From contig MNIR01000058.1 of NCBI GenBank assembly GCA_001919865.1, positions 15,430-79,429 on the forward strand: a stretch of DNA of 64,000 nt. Direction: 5' to 3'. Below are positions 60,268-64,000 of the stretch, one piece after another. The notes under the pieces were generated by a model. The model saw only the letters and a program-made list of their open reading frames with translations. It was not told the DNA's origin and did not search any database. Positions within the stretch are counted from its first letter, which is position 1. Each line of letters opens with the position of its first letter. Both the position numbers and the translations under genes were made by a program. The stretch comes from Gemmatimonadetes bacterium 13_1_20CM_4_69_16. Lineage in GTDB: Bacteria > Gemmatimonadota > Gemmatimonadetes > Gemmatimonadales > GWC2-71-9.

Positions 60268-60606
60268 TCAGGAGGTGCCAAATACTAGAGTAAAACTGTC
60301 GGGAATTCAAGCACGCTCGCCCAGGTCTGGTAATTCTCCAGGTTCACTTCTAACAGCCGGGCCGGAGCCATCAAGGCGACCAAGTCTTCAACCCTCCACC
60401 TAGAAACGTCCTTCGGGCGCTTGTTAAACGTTTAACATCCCGAGGCGCGTGGAGAAGGGCACCGCCTTTCGGTGCCGAGCCCTTGCTGTCCGTTACATTG
60501 CTTCGCGCGGCGCTTGAGTTCACGTGACATGGCCCCCAAGTGTAATCTGACTCACACCATTACTGGCGATAACCGCGATGATCAGACACAACCTTGGATC
60601 TTTTAC

Positions 60607-60636
60607 TTGACACCGCGTCGGTATGACTATAAATAT
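60607..60636 (+). promoter_or_regulatory. Sigma70-like promoter
   Basis: TTGACA (60607-60612) followed by AT-rich TATAAATAT (60628-60636). Confidence 0.6.
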
Positions 60637-60637
60637 T

Positions 60638-60709
60638 GCCCTTACTCATCCCCGAAACGGGCGCAAGCCTGCTAGGGTCCCCCCGGGTCACGATCCGGGG
60701 GTTTTTATT
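60638..60709 (+). ncRNA. Candidate short structured RNA/leader upstream of the NYN gene
   Basis: CGGGC-GCAA-GCCUG GNRA hairpin within a CCC/GGG stem, then a terminator hairpin. Confidence 0.5.
60680..60709 (+). terminator. Intrinsic terminator upstream of the NYN gene
   Basis: CCCCCGGGT-CACG-ATCCGGGGG followed by TTTTTATT. Confidence 0.75.
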
Positions 60710-60723
60710 CCAGGGGCCCACTA

Positions 60724-61353
60724 GTGCCCAACCGCGTCTGCTTCCTCGTCGACGGCTTCAATGTCTACCACTCAATCATCGAGGCCCTAAAGATCAATCC
60801 GACCGCCTCGATGAAGTGGTTGGATTTCCAGGCTTTCTGCAGTTCTTTCCTCCCGTTGATCAGCCGAGACGCGACCCTGGAGAAGGTATTCTACTTCTCG
60901 GCATCGGCGGATTTTCGACCCGACAAGGCTGCCCGACACGCAATCCTTGTTGCCGCCCTTCGCTCAACCGGGGTTGCGGTCCAGCTCGGACGATTCAAGG
61001 AAAAGGACATCCGGTGCCCTAAGTGCAAGACCAACTTCACGCGTCATGAGGAGAAGGAAACCGATGTGGCCGTAGCCGTTAAGCTCCTCGAGCTACTTGC
61101 CGTGAATGCGTGCGAAACCGTCGTGCTTCTAACAGGCGACACAGACTTAGCACCTGCGATTCGCACGGCCAAGACGCTGTACCCCGATAAGCGGATCTGG
61201 GTGATCTTTCCATACAGCCGCCACAACGCAGAACTGAAGGCACTCGCTCATGGGACGATCCAGGTCAAAGCCAAGAGGTATGTCGCCAATCAGCTTCCCA
61301 ATCCCGTCAAGGTGTCCGACACCGAGTTGATCTGGAAGCCTACTGGCTGGTAA
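60724..61353 (+). CDS. NYN domain (LabA/DUF88, PIN-fold) nuclease
   Basis: FLVDGFNVYH, EEKETDV, LTGDTDLAP; CPKC insert; atypical codon usage. Confidence 0.9.
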   Translation: MPNRVCFLVDGFNVYHSIIEALKINPTASMKWLDFQAFCSSFLPLISRDATLEKVFYFSASADFRPDKAARHAILVAALRSTGVAVQLGRFKEKDIRCPKCKTNFTRHEEKETDVAVAVKLLELLAVNACETVVLLTGDTDLAPAIRTAKTLYPDKRIWVIFPYSRHNAELKALAHGTIQVKAKRYVANQLPNPVKVSDTELIWKPTGW

Positions 61354-61407
61354 CTCGTTACCTCGCTACCGGCCGGATAGTAACCGCTGAAACGGGCCAC
61401 CACTCGC

Positions 61408-61794
61408 CTAGTCACGCTCCAGCACGGCGACTGCGATGGCGGCCAAGTGGGTGTGGGACAGCGAAAGCAGCACGCGCCGTACGCCCAGCTCGCGCGCCCG
61501 CCGCGTGGCCACGCCCGAGAGACTCACGTCCGGCCGCCCGTCCGGGGCCCGGATGACCTCGATCTCTCGCCACCCGATCCCGCGCGCGGCGGCACTCCCC
61601 TGGAGCGCCTTGTAGACGGCTTCCTTCGCGGCGAGCCGCACCGCCACGTGGGTCGCGACGTCGGGGCGGCTCTCGCAATACGCCCGCTCGGCCGGTGTCA
61701 GCAGTCGCTCGAGCACGCGCGCGCCTTTGTCTTTGAGGATCGCGCTCACGCGCGGGACCTCCACGAGATCAACACCCACGCCGATCGCGCTCAC
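61408..61794 (-). CDS. acpS: Holo-ACP synthase
   Basis: GVGVDLVE, AAKEAVYKA, LSLSH. Confidence 0.92.
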   Translation of the reverse strand: MSAIGVGVDLVEVPRVSAILKDKGARVLERLLTPAERAYCESRPDVATHVAVRLAAKEAVYKALQGSAAARGIGWREIEVIRAPDGRPDVSLSGVATRRARELGVRRVLLSLSHTHLAAIAVAVLERD

Positions 61795-62528
61795 TAGAAG
61801 CCCAGCCGGGCGGCGAGCCAGGCGGGGGCGGCGACGTACCCACCCAGCACCAGCCCCAGCCACACCAGCAGCGCGCCGAGCGGCGCCCACAGGACCAGCA
61901 CGGGCCAGAGTGGGGGACGCCAGCGCTCGACCGCCTCGATCTCTGGAGCCCAGCGCCGCTCTTCCTCCGCCGCCACCGCTTCGAGGGCGAGCCAGGCCGC
62001 TTCGAGCCGGCGCGCGGCGCTGCGCAACGCCTCCTGCCACTCGCCGTGCGCTGTTTTGTCGAGGACCGTGGCGTCCCGCACCCGTGCGGCGACGGCGTCG
62101 AGCGCATCGAGCGCCGCGATGAACGGCTCTCCCCCCGACGCGAGCCGTGCCGCGATGGCGCGCTTCTCGGGCGTGGAGAGCAGCCGGCGGCGCCAGCCGC
62201 GGCGCGGCATCCGCCCGCGACGGGCGGTCCGCTCGATCCGGCCGTCCAGCGCCTCGGTCACCCGATCGGCGACGCGCCGCACTGCCTGCTCCCACGCGGC
62301 GAACCACGCCCGCCGGCTGACCGCCTCGAGCACCCGCTCGCGGTCCTCGCGCAGCGCCGCCGCTCGCGCCTCGCCCCCGAGCTCGAGCGCCCGCGTCGCG
62401 AGCGCCTCACGGATGTCGTCCAGCGGCACCCACGGCTCGGCGACGCGCCGGGGGACGAGCACGCGGCCCAGCGAGGGGGCGAGCTCGGGCACGCGCAACG
62501 GCATCGGGATCTTGACCGCGGCACTCAC
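61794..62528 (-). CDS. Hypothetical helical protein with C-terminal TM anchor
   Basis: Translationally coupled between the CYTH gene and acpS. Confidence 0.7.
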   Translation of the reverse strand: MSAAVKIPMPLRVPELAPSLGRVLVPRRVAEPWVPLDDIREALATRALELGGEARAAALREDRERVLEAVSRRAWFAAWEQAVRRVADRVTEALDGRIERTARRGRMPRRGWRRRLLSTPEKRAIAARLASGGEPFIAALDALDAVAARVRDATVLDKTAHGEWQEALRSAARRLEAAWLALEAVAAEEERRWAPEIEAVERWRPPLWPVLVLWAPLGALLVWLGLVLGGYVAAPAWLAARLGF

Positions 62529-63106
62529 GAGCGGCGCTCCGCGAGGCGGGCGCTTCGGCCCGTGCGCGTCTCGTACATTTGCACGAAGTGCGGCAGCGAC
62601 TGGGGGAGGAAGCGGTCCCGCGGCAATCCGGTGGCGCGGATGGCCTGCTCGATGGCAGCCGGCGCGCCCTCCACCTCCAGCAACACGTCCATCGCGGGAT
62701 ACCACTCGAGCCGCAACATCGCCTCTCCCAACCGATAGACCTCGACCGTGCGATCGATTCGCAGCGTGACAGCGAACCCCGCCCGTTGGAGGATCGCGAG
62801 TGCGGCGTCCGGATCGGTCAGGCGGGTTTCCACCTCGCTGCGATGACGGTAGTCGCCGCGCTGCGACTGCGGTCCCTTCCAGCCGAGCATGCCGAACGCG
62901 GCCGCCCCGTCGGCCGGCCGAAAGATGCGCAACCGCAGGACCTCGTCCCGCGCGCCGAACTCACCATCCCGATCGAACCGCCGATCCAGCATGACTCCGC
63001 GGAACTCGAGCCGCGCGCCGGCGCGCTCCAGCTGCTGACGCACGCCGTCGGGGTGGTCCACCTTCGCCTTGACTTCGAGTTCGTCCGACGGCGCAGAGTG
63101 GCTCAA
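62525..63106 (-). CDS. CYTH domain protein (class IV adenylate cyclase-like)
   Basis: ELEVKA, LRLR, KGP, LEVEG. Confidence 0.85.
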   Translation of the reverse strand: MSHSAPSDELEVKAKVDHPDGVRQQLERAGARLEFRGVMLDRRFDRDGEFGARDEVLRLRIFRPADGAAAFGMLGWKGPQSQRGDYRHRSEVETRLTDPDAALAILQRAGFAVTLRIDRTVEVYRLGEAMLRLEWYPAMDVLLEVEGAPAAIEQAIRATGLPRDRFLPQSLPHFVQMYETRTGRSARLAERRS

Positions 63107-63828
63107 GCGAGCAGCGCGTCGAGCACCGCTGCCGTGTCGGCGAGCGTCTCGAACACTCGGTCGGCGCCGGCGGCGCGCAGCGTAGCGACGTCGTAGAAGC
63201 CGGTCGCCACGGCCACCGCACGCGCGCCGATCGGGCGGCCACAGGCCACGTCTTCCGGCGTGTCACCCACGATCACGACGTCCTTCCCGACGAAGCCGCC
63301 CCCTCCCCCGCCCCCTCCCCCATCCCCGGTGAGCGCCGCGGCGCGCCGCGCCGCCACCGCCGGAAGATCGGCGCGGCGGTGCGAGTCCGATCCATAGGCC
63401 CCGACGCGGAAGCGGGCGGGGTCGAGCCCCGCCGAACGGAGCTTGAGCGCGGCCCCCGCCTCGAGGTTCCCGGTCAACAGGCCCACGAGCGCTCGCCCCG
63501 CTTGCTCGTGCGGCTCGAGCGCCGCGAGCAGCTGCGCGACGCCGCCCATCAGGCGCGTGGCCTGGGCGGGCTTGGCGAGCTCGGCCGCGAGCAGGCCGAG
63601 ATAGCGGCGGCAGACCGCCTGAATGCGCACTTCGTCCTCCGCGTCGCGGTGACCCGCGAGCGTCAGCAGCTCGCGCACGATTTGCGGGTCGGTCTTGCCG
63701 TCGAAGCGGTAGGTCCCGATCGGCCCCGCCGTGCCCGCCTCAGCCAGCAGCGCGCCATGGATCGCCCGCCGGCCCGCGCCGTCGGTCCACAGCAGAGTGC
63801 CGTCAATGTCGAAGAGGACGAGCTTCAT
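63103..63828 (-). CDS. HAD family hydrolase
   Basis: LVLFDIDGTL, GKTD, LTGN, VGDTPEDV. Confidence 0.9.
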   Translation of the reverse strand: MKLVLFDIDGTLLWTDGAGRRAIHGALLAEAGTAGPIGTYRFDGKTDPQIVRELLTLAGHRDAEDEVRIQAVCRRYLGLLAAELAKPAQATRLMGGVAQLLAALEPHEQAGRALVGLLTGNLEAGAALKLRSAGLDPARFRVGAYGSDSHRRADLPAVAARRAAALTGDGGGGGGGGGFVGKDVVIVGDTPEDVACGRPIGARAVAVATGFYDVATLRAAGADRVFETLADTAAVLDALLA

Positions 63829-64000
63829 GCCGGAAAGATAGCTACCCCTCTCTGCCTCTACCCATCCAACCGCTCTACTCGTCGCACCGTCACCAGCATT
63901 TCCCGCAGCCGCCGCGCCCCCGGCTCGTCGTCCCACAAGGCGTCCGACGCGACGCCGCCCCGGGACAGGGCCGAGTGCACGATGGCCCCCGCTCCCCCCC

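Noticed and set aside
61358-61384. GTTAC...GTAAC imperfect palindrome after NYN
   Set aside because: Weak pairing and no U-tract; cannot distinguish terminator, att site or chance.
63297-63327. Poly-Gly stretches in HAD (and in FTR1 near 58515-58545)
   Set aside because: Short in-frame G/C runs in probable loops; no evidence of phase variation.

Overview
High-GC bacterial chromosomal segment. Gene content and style suggest Gemmatimonadota, which is an inference. Left to right: the 5' end of argG with ARG boxes. A ~19 kb convergent sugar/glycoside cluster (two GMC flavoprotein + Tat small-subunit pairs, two Gfo/Idh/MocA, two DUF1080, two TIM-barrel enzymes, GH20, GH27, SSS and MFS transporters) with a probable secreted selenocysteine peroxiredoxin and CcdA-TlpA at its centre. 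Then argR, PBP1A, tyrS and a patatin-ferredoxin fusion. An LPS/glycosyltransferase cluster containing a PorX-like REC-PglZ protein and a 1.3 kb islet bounded by direct repeats. A DnaB paralog lacking its N-terminal domain. A long housekeeping run (yebC, broken ruvC, ruvAB, queA, tgt, yajC, def, fmt, thiE/S/G, rsmB, rpe, tsaD, lgt). A cytochrome c-FTR1 iron permease. A lower-GC islet with promoter, structured short RNA, terminator and NYN nuclease, resembling an RNA-antitoxin module. Finally acpS, CYTH and HAD genes. Short 7-10 nt tandem/inverted repeats recur throughout, several in-frame inside conserved genes. No rRNA, tRNA, CRISPR array or transposase was seen. All calls come from motif recognition by eye; no database searches were run.
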